Source: Acidimicrobiia bacterium
Lineage (GTDB): Bacteria; Actinomycetota; Acidimicrobiia; Spongiisociales; ZC4RG35
Length of the DNA stretch: 64,000 nt
Assembly: GCA_050741915.1 (NCBI GenBank)
Contig: JBOGEX010000089.1
Coordinates: 717 to 64,716 of the forward strand
Direction: 5' to 3'
Shown: positions 47,541-56,856 of the stretch, one piece after another
Numbering within the stretch: the stretch's first letter is position 1
Layout: the number at the start of each line of letters is the position of its first letter
Notes under the pieces: generated by a model
The model's database searches: none
Told to the model about the DNA's origin: nothing
The model's input: the letters and a program-made list of their open reading frames with translations, nothing else
Program-made: the position numbers and the translations under genes

Positions 47541-49562
47541 TTACCCAGCTTTGGCTGCTTCAACCAGGGTGTCGAAGAAGGCGACTCCGCCACCCCAATC
47601 GGTCAGTGTGTCGTTAGTGAGCGCGTTCGGATGCGCCTGTGTCATCCACCATCCAAACGGGATCGCGCTCACCCCCGGCCGCAAGCGCGAGCTGATCTTC
47701 ACCGGGAGCTGCACCTCCGCCCGGTCATTCCATACCCGGACCTGGTCGCCTTCCTCGATGCCGCGGGCGGCCGCATCGGCGGGGTCGATCTCGAAATAGG
47801 GTTCTCCTTCCTTCTCGGCGTGATGATCCGAATACGAGCTGTTGAGGAAGCGGGTGTGGTTCTTGGGGGTGAGGAGCACAAGCGGGAAGCGGCTGGCCAG
47901 ATGGCCCTCCGGGCCTTCTTGAACAGGTCGGTAAGTAGGAAGCGCGTCCAGGCCCTGGGCGGCGAGATCTTCGGAGAGGAGGAGTGCTTTTCCGTCCTTG
48001 GTGGCGAATCCACCACTCGCATACGGAAGAAGTTCCTCTGGCAGGTCGAGACGCAGCCAGCCTTGCTTTCGCAACAGGTCGGTGTCGGTGTTGACCAGCA
48101 CCGATTCGACGAGCGCTTCATCGTCGAGATCGAACTCGGGATCGGTCATGCCCATCGCCTTCGCCAGGCGCCGCCACAGCTCGGTGTTGGGCACGGCTTC
48201 ACCCTGGGGAGCTATTGCCGGTTCGTTCCAACCGATGTAGAGATGACCCCAGGCACTGATGACGTCGAGGTGCTCGAGTTCGGTCGTGGCCGGGAACACC
48301 ACGTCGGCATACCGGGCCGTGTCGGTGAGGAACTGCTCGCTCACCACGGTGAACAGGTCCTCGCGTTCAAGTCCTTGCTTGATGAGTACGGCGTTGGGAA
48401 TCGTCACCAGTGGGTTGCCGTTCCAGACGAACAGAGCGTGAATCCCGATCGACGGATCACAGAGATGGCGTCCGAGATGATTCATCGAAAGTCCTCGGGT
48501 GTTGTTGGGAACCGAGAAGACGGTGTCGTCTACTTGAGTTTCGAACCAGGAGCCGACTGATCGAGATAATCCTCCCCCGCGATGTCGCCAAGCCCCGGTA
48601 ATCACCGGCAGCGTCGCCAGAGTCCGGTAGAACATGGCCCCGTTCTCGTGATGCTCGGCCCCGATCAACGTGCGAATGAACGCCGGTTTGATCGTTCCAT
48701 AGGCATTGGCAAAACGTTCGATCTCATCCACGGAGAGTCCGCAGATCGACGCGGCGCGTTCAGGCGTCCATGCGGCGACATGGGCTGCTAGCTCCACAAA
48801 TCCGGTGGCGTATTTATTGACATATTCGCGATCGATGAGCTCGTCGCGGATCAGCACGTGGGCAACAGCAAGCATCAACGCCACGTCGGTGCCCGGCAGA
48901 GGTTGGATGTGCCAATCCGCCGAACCGGCGGTGATGGTTTTGATCGGGTCGATCACGACGACCTGGGCGCCATTGCGGCGGGCCTCTTCGACAAAGGGCC
49001 AGAGGTGGCGGTTGGTGAGCCGGGTGTTGGTGGCCCAAAGGACCACGAACTTGGCGTGGCGGACGTCGGTCGGGTCGGCGCTGAGACCAGACCCGTAAGT
49101 GGCGGCCAGTCCCGCCGTGGCAGTGGCCCCACAGATGGATCCGGTTGACCGGGAGGCTCCGAGGTTGGCGAAGAATCGACGATCTAGCGAACTCATCTGA
49201 ATCGCACCCTGGGTGCCGGCGTCCCACCAGGGGTAAACGGCTTCGCCTCCGTGCTGAGCTATGACCGAACTCACTCGATTGACAACGAGATCGAGCGCCT
49301 CCTTCCACGAAGCCTGCCGAAAGCTTCCGGCTCCCTTCGCGCCGGTGCGAATCAGCGGATGGAGGACTCGGTCAGGGTGATAGACCCGGTCGAGGAACCG
49401 GTTGACCTTCGGGCAGAGCTCACCCCGCGAGAAGGGATGGTCAGGATTGCCGCGTAACTTGACCGCCACTCCGTTTTCGACCGTCGCCACCCAGCCGCAG
49501 GAATCGGGGCAGTCGTGATGGCAGGTACCGAGCACCGTTCTCGCTGCAACCGTGGTCGTCAT
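47541..49562 (-). CDS. Molybdopterin (MopB superfamily) oxidoreductase with N-terminal 4Fe-4S motif
   Basis: 673 aa; CHHDCPDSCGW ... C cluster motif, MopB and C-terminal barrel regions. No in-frame stop, so not a Sec enzyme. Confidence 0.85.
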   Translation of the reverse strand: MTTTVAARTVLGTCHHDCPDSCGWVATVENGVAVKLRGNPDHPFSRGELCPKVNRFLDRVYHPDRVLHPLIRTGAKGAGSFRQASWKEALDLVVNRVSSVIAQHGGEAVYPWWDAGTQGAIQMSSLDRRFFANLGASRSTGSICGATATAGLAATYGSGLSADPTDVRHAKFVVLWATNTRLTNRHLWPFVEEARRNGAQVVVIDPIKTITAGSADWHIQPLPGTDVALMLAVAHVLIRDELIDREYVNKYATGFVELAAHVAAWTPERAASICGLSVDEIERFANAYGTIKPAFIRTLIGAEHHENGAMFYRTLATLPVITGAWRHRGGGLSRSVGSWFETQVDDTVFSVPNNTRGLSMNHLGRHLCDPSIGIHALFVWNGNPLVTIPNAVLIKQGLEREDLFTVVSEQFLTDTARYADVVFPATTELEHLDVISAWGHLYIGWNEPAIAPQGEAVPNTELWRRLAKAMGMTDPEFDLDDEALVESVLVNTDTDLLRKQGWLRLDLPEELLPYASGGFATKDGKALLLSEDLAAQGLDALPTYRPVQEGPEGHLASRFPLVLLTPKNHTRFLNSSYSDHHAEKEGEPYFEIDPADAAARGIEEGDQVRVWNDRAEVQLPVKISSRLRPGVSAIPFGWWMTQAHPNALTNDTLTDWGGGVAFFDTLVEAAKAG

Positions 49563-49656
49563 CGTCGAAGCCTAGATCACTCGAAATTTCGCGCACCGCG
49601 ACCATGTCTACAGGCGAACGAACGGTGGGTCTGGGCCAATTGTTAGCCTCGGCACA

Positions 49657-50277
49657 ATGCCGGTGACCGTCGTTTCGCACCCGCTCGCCCAGCACTACCT
49701 GACCACCCTGCGGGACAAGACGACTGCTACTCCCCTGTTTCGAGAAACCGCCCGCAGGCTCGCCTATCTGCTCATAGCTGAGGCAACCGCCGATCTGACG
49801 ATGCGCGAGAAGCCGGTTGAAACCCCGTTAGAGCGAACCGTGGGCACTGCCCTCGGCAAGCCCATCGTCGTAGTGGCGGTCTTCCGCGCCGGGCTTGGGT
49901 TACTCGATGCCGCCCTCGATCTCATTCCGGACGCCTTAATCGGTTACGCCGGCGTGCAGCGCAACGAGGAGACGGCCGAGCCGATGGACTACTACACCAA
50001 GTTCCCGCCCATGGCCGGCGCCCGGGTGCTCATCCTCGAGCCCATGCTGGCCACCGGCGGATCGCTCGCCTGGGCATGCGAGCAGGTCAAGTCGAAGGGC
50101 GCTACCGACGTCACCGCCGTCTGCGTCGTCTCCGCTCCGGATGGGATAATGGTCATGGAGGACCGTCATCCCGAGGTGCGAATCGTCACCGCCGCCGTCG
50201 ACCGGGGCTTGAACGAGCGCTTCTACATCGAGCCGGGTCTGGGCGACATGGGGGACCGACTCTTCGGCACGGCGTGA
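49657..50277 (+). CDS. upp: Uracil phosphoribosyltransferase
   Basis: 206 aa; LEPMLATGGS PRPP loop, YIEPGLGDMGDRLFGT C-terminus. Confidence 0.95.
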   Translation: MPVTVVSHPLAQHYLTTLRDKTTATPLFRETARRLAYLLIAEATADLTMREKPVETPLERTVGTALGKPIVVVAVFRAGLGLLDAALDLIPDALIGYAGVQRNEETAEPMDYYTKFPPMAGARVLILEPMLATGGSLAWACEQVKSKGATDVTAVCVVSAPDGIMVMEDRHPEVRIVTAAVDRGLNERFYIEPGLGDMGDRLFGTA

Positions 50278-50585
50278 GCCAGGGTCCCAGCGAATTCGAA
50301 GAGGCGGTCCTTTCGGTTCTGCGTTCGCTCGAGGTGGGCGAGGTAGTCACCTATGGCGAGGTGGCCGAGCTGGCGGGGTATCCGGGTCGCGCCCGCGGGG
50401 TGGGCCGAATCCTGGCGCTCACCCCCGAGGATCTGCCGTGGTGGCGAGTGGTTGGGGCCGGAGGGCGCCTGCGCTCTCCGCATCCGGCTCTCCAAGCCCA
50501 ATTACTGGCCTCGGAGAGCCGGAGGAAGGAATCAGGCCGAGGCGGGCGTGGTCCCCGTCACCCGACGAGCGCTCATCCCAATTAG
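50274..50585 (+). CDS. Alkyltransferase-like (ATL) MGMT-family DNA-binding protein lacking the acceptor Cys
   Basis: GTG in a GTGA overlap with the upp stop. VVTYGEVAELAGYPGRARGVGRIL ... PWWRVV stands where active MGMT has PCHRV. Confidence 0.7.
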   Translation: MSQGPSEFEEAVLSVLRSLEVGEVVTYGEVAELAGYPGRARGVGRILALTPEDLPWWRVVGAGGRLRSPHPALQAQLLASESRRKESGRGGRGPRHPTSAHPN

Positions 50586-50927
50586 GAGGCTGAGAACGCC
50601 GAGTCCGCCGTGGAGGATGTGGTCGGCCACGTTGACCTCGATGGTCAGAAGACCGAAGAGGGTTGGGCTGAGAAGCAGCACAACGAAGAGCACGATGTAG
50701 AGCCATCCGAAGCCGATGACCCCGCGCACAAGTGCCTCCCCGCTACGGCCGAAGCCGATGGCGAGGGCCAAACCGCCGGTGAGGATGTGAACGATGTTGT
50801 GCAGAGCATCGGTTGCCAGAAGGGCGTCGGGACCAACGATCGGGTTTTCGATGAATCCCAGCAGGCCAGAAACAACCAAGACCACTCCAATAACTGTGAT
50901 GTAGGTCTTAGCGAACCAAGCACCCAT
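50532..50927 (-). CDS. DUF4383 family membrane protein
   Basis: 131 aa, 4 TM; NIVHILTGGLAL and HILHGGLG motifs typical of DUF4383. Confidence 0.7.
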   Translation of the reverse strand: MGAWFAKTYITVIGVVLVVSGLLGFIENPIVGPDALLATDALHNIVHILTGGLALAIGFGRSGEALVRGVIGFGWLYIVLFVVLLLSPTLFGLLTIEVNVADHILHGGLGVLSLLIGMSARRVTGTTPASA

Positions 50928-51036
50928 TCAGTTGCCTCCTTTCAAGGCATTTCAAGGCTAGAAACAGTCCGTTTCGGCCCTAGGTATTTCGTTGCGACGG
51001 AGCGGATGGATTGGCGGCCTTGCCATACTCGCCCCG

Positions 51037-52212
51037 ATGCGACGCGCAGTGATCATCGTGATGGATTCCTGCGGGGTGGGCGAAGCTCCCGACGCCGCCG
51101 AGTACGGGGACGAAGGATCGGACACGATCGGGCATACCGCCAATGCGGTGGGAGGTTTGTCCCTTCCCAATTTCGAGAAGGCGGGTCTCGGCAACCTCCA
51201 CAGCGACCTGGCCGGGGTTCCGCCATCCCCGGCGGCGACGATGGCTTTCGGAAGAATGGCCGAGGCGTCGGCCGGAAAGGATTCGACTACCGGACACTGG
51301 GAGATGGCTGGTCTCATCACCGACCAACCGCAGGCAACGTTTACGGACACCGGGTTTCCTGAGGATTTGGTCGAAACCATCGAGCAGGAATCCGGTCACG
51401 AGTTTATCGGCAATTACGCCGCCTCGGGTACGACCATCATCGATGATCTCGGTCGAGAGCACGTCCGCACCAGGAAACCAATTCTCTACACCTCGGCCGA
51501 CTCGGTGTTCCAGATCGCAGCTCACACTGACGTGATCTCGCTCGAAGACCTCTACAAACTCTGCGAAATCGCACGCCGCCACTGCGATCGCTATCGAATC
51601 GGCCGCGTCATCGCCCGACCCTTCGTCGGTGAATCCGGCGACTTCCATCGCACGTACGACCGGCGAGATTTCGCCATCGCCCCCGGCGGTCTCACGTTGC
51701 TCGACCATGCCAAAGCAGCCGGATTGACTGTTCTCGGGATCGGCAAGATCGAGGACCTCTTCGCCGGTCGGGGTCTTACTGCGGCAGTTCACACCGAAGG
51801 TGACCAGGACGGACTCGATCGGACGGTTTCGGCAATCGAAGAGCAAACTGAGGCTGGGATCATCTTCACCAATCTGGTCGACCTCGACATGGTCTATGGC
51901 CATCGCGAAAACCCGGAGGGCTACGCCGCCGGACTCAAGCTGATCGATTCCTATATCCCGGCACTCATCGAGAGTCAGGGACCAGAGGACCTCTTGTTCT
52001 TCTCGGCTGATCACGGCAACGACCCCACCGACGGATCAACCGATCACACCCGTGAGTTCGTGCCCTTGCTCGTGGCGGGGATGAATGGGGCTGGGGTCGA
52101 CCTGGGAACCCGAGATCAGTATTGCGATGTCGCCGCCACCATTGCCGAAGGCATGGGACTGCCTCCCCCGGCGCGCGGACGATCCTTCCTGGCCGAGATC
52201 AGCCGAGGATGA
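51037..52212 (+). CDS. deoB: Phosphopentomutase
   Basis: Start at ATG 51037 (MRRAVIIVMDSCGVGEAPDAAEYGDEGSDTIGH). Confidence 0.9.
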   Translation: MRRAVIIVMDSCGVGEAPDAAEYGDEGSDTIGHTANAVGGLSLPNFEKAGLGNLHSDLAGVPPSPAATMAFGRMAEASAGKDSTTGHWEMAGLITDQPQATFTDTGFPEDLVETIEQESGHEFIGNYAASGTTIIDDLGREHVRTRKPILYTSADSVFQIAAHTDVISLEDLYKLCEIARRHCDRYRIGRVIARPFVGESGDFHRTYDRRDFAIAPGGLTLLDHAKAAGLTVLGIGKIEDLFAGRGLTAAVHTEGDQDGLDRTVSAIEEQTEAGIIFTNLVDLDMVYGHRENPEGYAAGLKLIDSYIPALIESQGPEDLLFFSADHGNDPTDGSTDHTREFVPLLVAGMNGAGVDLGTRDQYCDVAATIAEGMGLPPPARGRSFLAEISRG

Positions 52213-53516
52213 ACGCGGTTGAACTGATTCAGCGCAAGCGTGATCGCCTGGTCCTCACCGATGACGAGATCGCCTGGCTCATCCGCTCCTATACCGTCGG
52301 TGCCATCACCGACTACCAGATGTCGGCGCTCGCCATGGCGGTGTACCTCAACGGGATGACTACGAGCGAATTGACGGCGTGGACGGGAGCAATGCTGAAT
52401 TCGGGCGAGGTACTCGACTTCTCCGAGGTGCCCCTCCCCAAGGTCGACAAACACTCGACCGGTGGAGTGGGCGACAAGGTCTCGATTCCGTTGGCGCCTA
52501 TGGTCGCCGCCTGCGGGATCGCGATACCGATGATGTCGGGGCGGGGCCTTGGCCACACCGGTGGCACGCTTGACAAACTCGAATCAATTCCCGGTTTCAC
52601 CACCGCCCTCGACCCGGCCCGCTATCGCCAGGTGCTTTTGGACTGCGGCTTGGTGCTCGCCGGGCAGTCGGAAACTCTGGTCCCCGCCGATCGCAAGCTC
52701 TATGCACTGCGCGACGCCACCGGCACCGTCGAGTCGATTCCGCTGATTGCTTCCTCGATCATGTCAAAGAAGCTGGCCGAGGATCTCGACGGCTTGGTGC
52801 TCGATGTCAAGGTCGGAGCCGGCGCCTTTATGAAGGATCTCGGCCGCGCTCGCGAGCTCGCCCAGACGATGGTTGACATCGGTCGCTCCTATCAAGTTGA
52901 AACCGTGGCTCTGCTGACTGCCATGGAACAACCCCTAGGTAAGGAGGTCGGCAACGCCAACGAGATCGCCGAGTCGATCGCCGTTCTCCGAGGCGGAGGC
53001 CCCAACGACCTGGTGGAGGTAACGATGGCTTTGGGAGCCGAGATGTTGCGGGTGGCGGGAGTCGAAACCGACCCGGAGAAAGCTCGGCGTCAGCTGCAAA
53101 AGGCGATCGACGATGGCTCCGCCCTCGAGCTATTCGGTCGGGTGGTGGCCGCCCAGGGCGGCAACGCCAATGTCATCGATGACCCCGAAGCCGTTCTCCC
53201 TCACGCGCCTCACCAGTCCGAAGTCAAGGCCGACGCGAGCGGATTCGTGACTGGGCTGGATGCACTCCGGGTCGGTACCGCTGCCATGCGGCTGGGGGCA
53301 GGACGGGAGCGCAAGGAGGACACGATCGATCCTGCGGTCGGGATCACTGTTAATCGCAAGGTGGGCGAGTCCGTCGCCAAGGGAGAGCCGCTCTTGACCC
53401 TCGCTTACCGCCACCCAGCCCGTCTCGAGGAGGCCCTGACCGTCCTGGCCGGGGCAGTTGAGATCGCCCCCGACGCTCCCCCCGCTTCCCCGCTCATCCT
53501 CGACCGCATTGCCTGA
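52209..53516 (+). CDS. deoA: Thymidine/pyrimidine-nucleoside phosphorylase
   Basis: Start at ATG 52209 (ATGA overlap). MNAVELIQRKRDRLVLTDDEIAWLI; KHSTGGVGDK motif. Confidence 0.9.
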   Translation: MNAVELIQRKRDRLVLTDDEIAWLIRSYTVGAITDYQMSALAMAVYLNGMTTSELTAWTGAMLNSGEVLDFSEVPLPKVDKHSTGGVGDKVSIPLAPMVAACGIAIPMMSGRGLGHTGGTLDKLESIPGFTTALDPARYRQVLLDCGLVLAGQSETLVPADRKLYALRDATGTVESIPLIASSIMSKKLAEDLDGLVLDVKVGAGAFMKDLGRARELAQTMVDIGRSYQVETVALLTAMEQPLGKEVGNANEIAESIAVLRGGGPNDLVEVTMALGAEMLRVAGVETDPEKARRQLQKAIDDGSALELFGRVVAAQGGNANVIDDPEAVLPHAPHQSEVKADASGFVTGLDALRVGTAAMRLGAGRERKEDTIDPAVGITVNRKVGESVAKGEPLLTLAYRHPARLEEALTVLAGAVEIAPDAPPASPLILDRIA

Positions 53517-53526
53517 CGGCTCTTAC

Positions 53527-53560
53527 GCATCAAACGCGGGCTATGGGCGGCGTTTGATGC
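53527..53560. terminator. Perfect 11-bp hairpin gcatcaaacgc-(12 nt)-gcgtttgatgc between convergent deoA and the EamA gene
   Basis: Read directly. No U-tract on either strand. Confidence 0.5.
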
Positions 53561-53573
53561 CTAAGAACCTTCG

Positions 53574-54395
53574 TTAGATGGCGATCAGAACCACGGCCGC
53601 CATCGCCAGGCCCAGGCCCAGTCGCTGTCTCCTGGCAATCGGCTCTTTCAAGATCAAGACGGCGAGAAGAACAGTGATGGCCGGATATAGCGACGCCAAC
53701 ACCGCCACCAATGTGACGAGGCCGGAACGAAAGGCCAGGAGGAGAAACACGTTGGCGGCGATGTCACCAATCCCTACCAAGGCCACCAAGACTCTGGTTC
53801 CGGCCGGCGGCAGAGCGACTCGCCGCACCACCATGCCAATCGCCATTAGAACGACCGAAGCCATGCGAGACGCGACGAGCGGCCAAAACCCGGCACCCTC
53901 CCCGGTCTGGGCAAGGGCCGCGAAGAAAAGACCGAAGCCAAGGCCCGCCATCACTCCATAGGCAACGCCGCCGCTTGAGTCGCCACCTCCCATTCCCGAG
54001 GCCACGAGCCAAATAGCCGGAAGTGCCAGAAGAACCCCGAGCCATTCGAGAGGCAGAGGCCGCTCTCCCATGCCCAAACCGATTCCCAGCGGGATGAGAG
54101 CACTCAGCAGAGCTGCCAGAGGCGATACCACGCTCATCCGCCCTCGGGCCAGACCCTGATAGAGCGCAAAGATCCCACCGGTGCCGACTATGCCGCCGAT
54201 CGCACCCCACATCAGGTCGGTCGCCTTAAGGGCGTTGGCGGAGAAGATCAACGACGTCGCCACCCCCAAGGCGAGACCAGCCAGCTGCGACCAGAAGACG
54301 ACCGCGATCGTCGCCATTCGTCGGCCCGCCACTCCCCCGTAGAAATCGGCGACACCATAGATCAGCGACGCCAGCAGTGCGAAGACGGCGAACAT
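53574..54395 (-). CDS. EamA/DMT family transporter
   Basis: 273 aa, about 10 TM, two-fold internal repeat typical of DMT. Confidence 0.8.
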   Translation of the reverse strand: MFAVFALLASLIYGVADFYGGVAGRRMATIAVVFWSQLAGLALGVATSLIFSANALKATDLMWGAIGGIVGTGGIFALYQGLARGRMSVVSPLAALLSALIPLGIGLGMGERPLPLEWLGVLLALPAIWLVASGMGGGDSSGGVAYGVMAGLGFGLFFAALAQTGEGAGFWPLVASRMASVVLMAIGMVVRRVALPPAGTRVLVALVGIGDIAANVFLLLAFRSGLVTLVAVLASLYPAITVLLAVLILKEPIARRQRLGLGLAMAAVVLIAI

Positions 54396-54457
54396 GAGAG
54401 AGGCCCACTCTCGTTACGATCGAGCGACGACCACAAATCCGCTGCCGAGGAGGCTCG

Positions 54458-55216
54458 ATGCGCATCGTTGTCTGCGCCAAGCAGATCCCCGACCCCGCCA
54501 CGCAGTACAAGCTCGAACCGGGCAGCCACTGGCTGGTCCGGCCGACCGACCAGGTCCTCGACGACACCGATCGCTACGGAGTGGAGATGGGTTTGCAGCT
54601 CGCCCAGAGCTCGGGCGGGAGCGTGACCATTGTCTCGATGGGTCCGGCGGGGTCGATGCAGGGTTTGCGCCAGGCGCTGGCGATGGGGGCAGAAAAGGCG
54701 GTCGTCATCGACGACTCTTCCTTGAGAGGTTCGGATGCGCTGCTCACCGCCCGGGTGCTGGCGGCGGCGATTGCTAAGGAGGGATTCGATCTGGTGATCG
54801 CTGGGACCGAGTCGACCGACGGTTACTCCGGAGTGGTGCCGCAGATGGTGGCCGAACTGCTCGATGTGCCCGCCCTCACCTACGCCACTGTGGTCCACGC
54901 CGGCGAGGGGAACGTGAGCATTCACCGGCAGACGGCGACCGGATACGAAGTCGTCGAGGCGAGCCTTCCCGCTCTGGTCACGGTGACGGCCGGTGTCGTC
55001 GAGCCTCGCTATCCGACCTTCAAGGGAATCATGGAGGCCAAAAAGAAAACGGTGGACAATCTCACGCTGGCGGATCTGTCCTTGCAGGCAGAGATCGATC
55101 AGAAGGTGGGATCGATCACCGACGCTCCCGCCCGGACGGGGGGAGCCAAGATCGAAGACGACGGTGAGGCCCACCAAAAGATCGTCGAGCTCCTTGCCCA
55201 AAAGAAGGTGATCTGA
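54458..55216 (+). CDS. etfB: Electron transfer flavoprotein beta subunit
   Basis: MRIVVCAKQIPDP N-terminus; 252 aa. Confidence 0.9.
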   Translation: MRIVVCAKQIPDPATQYKLEPGSHWLVRPTDQVLDDTDRYGVEMGLQLAQSSGGSVTIVSMGPAGSMQGLRQALAMGAEKAVVIDDSSLRGSDALLTARVLAAAIAKEGFDLVIAGTESTDGYSGVVPQMVAELLDVPALTYATVVHAGEGNVSIHRQTATGYEVVEASLPALVTVTAGVVEPRYPTFKGIMEAKKKTVDNLTLADLSLQAEIDQKVGSITDAPARTGGAKIEDDGEAHQKIVELLAQKKVI

Positions 55217-55217
55217 C

Positions 55218-56159
55218 GTGGCCGTGGTCTGGGTTTTCGTCCGCGAGTTCGACGGAGCCCCCACCCCGTTAGCACTGGAGCTGCTCACCAAGGCTCGTGG
55301 GCTCGGGGACACGACTGCGATCTATGTCGGCGCGGGTTCAGAGGATGTCTTCGCCCGCCTCGGTGAATACGGGGCCCAAAAGGTGTTGCACCTCGATCCC
55401 GAGGACAACCTGGTGGCGGCACCGGTTGCCCGCGCCATGGCGGAACGAGTCGAGACCGAAAAGCCCGATCTCATCTTGTTCGGCCAGGCATATGACGATC
55501 GCGACGTGGCCGGGCGCCTGGCGGCCCGAGTTGGGGTCCCGATTCTTTCCAACGCCGTCGACGTTTCTGCCGACGGCTCGACCAGCCATGAGATCTTCGG
55601 TGGCACTCAGATTGCCGAGGCCGAGATCACCGCCGGGAGCCCGAAGCTGATTCTGGTTCGCCCTAAGTCATTCGTCGCCGAGCCCTCAGGTGGGGAAGCG
55701 CCGGAGGTAACCAAGCTCGATCTACCCGATGTTGGAGGGGCAGGAGCGAAGGTCACTGGCACTCACGTCGAGGAGCGAGAAGGGCCCAAGCTCGAGGAGG
55801 CAGCGGTGATCGTGTCGGGAGGACGTGGCCTCGGTTCGGCAGAGAACTACCAACTGATCGAGCGGTTGGGAAAGCTGCTCGGCGCCGCCACCGGAGCCAC
55901 CCGCGCCATCGTCGATGCGGGCTGGGTCCCTTATGCCAGACAGGTCGGACAAACCGGGAAGACGGTCAAGCCCGACGTCTACATCGCCTGTGGGATCTCA
56001 GGGGCGATGCAGCACCTGGTGGGGATGAAGGACGCCAAGACGATCATCGCCATCAACAAGGACGCCGACGCCCCGATCTTCACCATCGCCGACCTCGGCA
56101 TCGTCGGAGATGTGCACAAGGTGCTTCCCAAGCTGATCGAGGCTCTCGAGAACCGGTAG
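55218..56159 (+). CDS. etfA: Electron transfer flavoprotein alpha subunit
   Basis: 313 aa; VSGGRGLGS and YIACGISGAMQHLVGM FAD-binding motifs. Confidence 0.9.
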   Translation: MAVVWVFVREFDGAPTPLALELLTKARGLGDTTAIYVGAGSEDVFARLGEYGAQKVLHLDPEDNLVAAPVARAMAERVETEKPDLILFGQAYDDRDVAGRLAARVGVPILSNAVDVSADGSTSHEIFGGTQIAEAEITAGSPKLILVRPKSFVAEPSGGEAPEVTKLDLPDVGGAGAKVTGTHVEEREGPKLEEAAVIVSGGRGLGSAENYQLIERLGKLLGAATGATRAIVDAGWVPYARQVGQTGKTVKPDVYIACGISGAMQHLVGMKDAKTIIAINKDADAPIFTIADLGIVGDVHKVLPKLIEALENR

Positions 56160-56204
56160 ATATTTGCAGACCGGTCGTGCCAGATGGTGTGTATACCTAG
56201 GCGT

Positions 56205-56453
56205 ATGCCAAGGATGCAGGTTTATCTTCCCGACGATCTCTACCAGGCGGTGAAAGGCCAGGGCTTGCGCGCCTCCGAGCTTCTGCAGGAGGCTGTCCGG
56301 GTTGAGCTTCGACGCAAGCAGCTTCTCGAAGCCACCGAGGAGTACCTCACCGAACTTGTCACCGAAGTCGGAGAGCCCGACTCCGCCGAGAAGTCGCGCG
56401 CCCAGGCGATTGCCCGTCGGCTGAGCCGTCGCGCAGGCCGAGCCGTCGGCTAA
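56205..56453 (+). CDS. RHH-type antitoxin (VapB-like), locus 1
   Basis: MPRMQVYLPDDLYQAVKGQGLRASELLQEAVRVEL; start ambiguous (56184, 56205 or 56214). TAA abuts the GTG of the PIN gene. Confidence 0.65.
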   Translation: MPRMQVYLPDDLYQAVKGQGLRASELLQEAVRVELRRKQLLEATEEYLTELVTEVGEPDSAEKSRAQAIARRLSRRAGRAVG

Positions 56454-56837
56454 GTGGCCCTGATTCTCGATTCGGGAGGTTTGAGCCAACTCTCGCAACC
56501 ATCCCCACGAGCGGCGGCCCTCATCGCCGCATAGCAGGCGGAAGGGCTCTGGCCGCCGGTTGTTCCTACCCCAGTGCTGATCGAATCGCTGCCAGGAGAT
56601 GCTGCGAAAGACGCGTCCGCTAATCGGCTGCTCAAGACCTGCGACGTCGTCGAGGACATTCCGGAGACATTGGCTCGTCGTGCCGCTTACCTCAGAACCC
56701 GGGCTCGGACAGGATCCGCTGTGGACGCTCTCGTGGTGGCCACAGCCGAACCGGGCGGATCTGTAATCACATCGGTCCCCAACGATCTCCTCGCTCTTGC
56801 AGGTCACGCCCAAGACGTCATCATCGAACGAGTCTGA
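56454..56837 (+). pseudogene. PIN-domain toxin (VapC-like) interrupted by an in-frame TAG at codon 27 (56532-56534)
   Basis: Own translation: VALILDSGGLSQLSQPSPRAAALIAA*QAEGLWPPVVPTPVLIESLPGD...GSAVDALVVATA...ITSVPNDLL.... The acidic PIN residues (D6, E44, later D, D) are still present. Confidence 0.65.
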
Positions 56838-56856
56838 CCCCAGCGTCGTCGCAGGT

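Noticed and set aside
47541-49562. Possible selenocysteine (in-frame TGA) in the FDH-like molybdoenzyme.
   Set aside because: The ORF is uninterrupted from start to stop and no split ORF pair is present, so there is no evidence for Sec recoding.
56184-56230. GTATAC-CTAGG-CGTATGC near the vapB-1 start, considered as an operator analogous to the 16-bp palindrome at locus 2.
   Set aside because: It consists only of short self-complementary hexamers (GTATAC, CCTAGG) and an imperfect direct repeat. It also overlaps the ambiguous start codons. Too weak to report as a feature.
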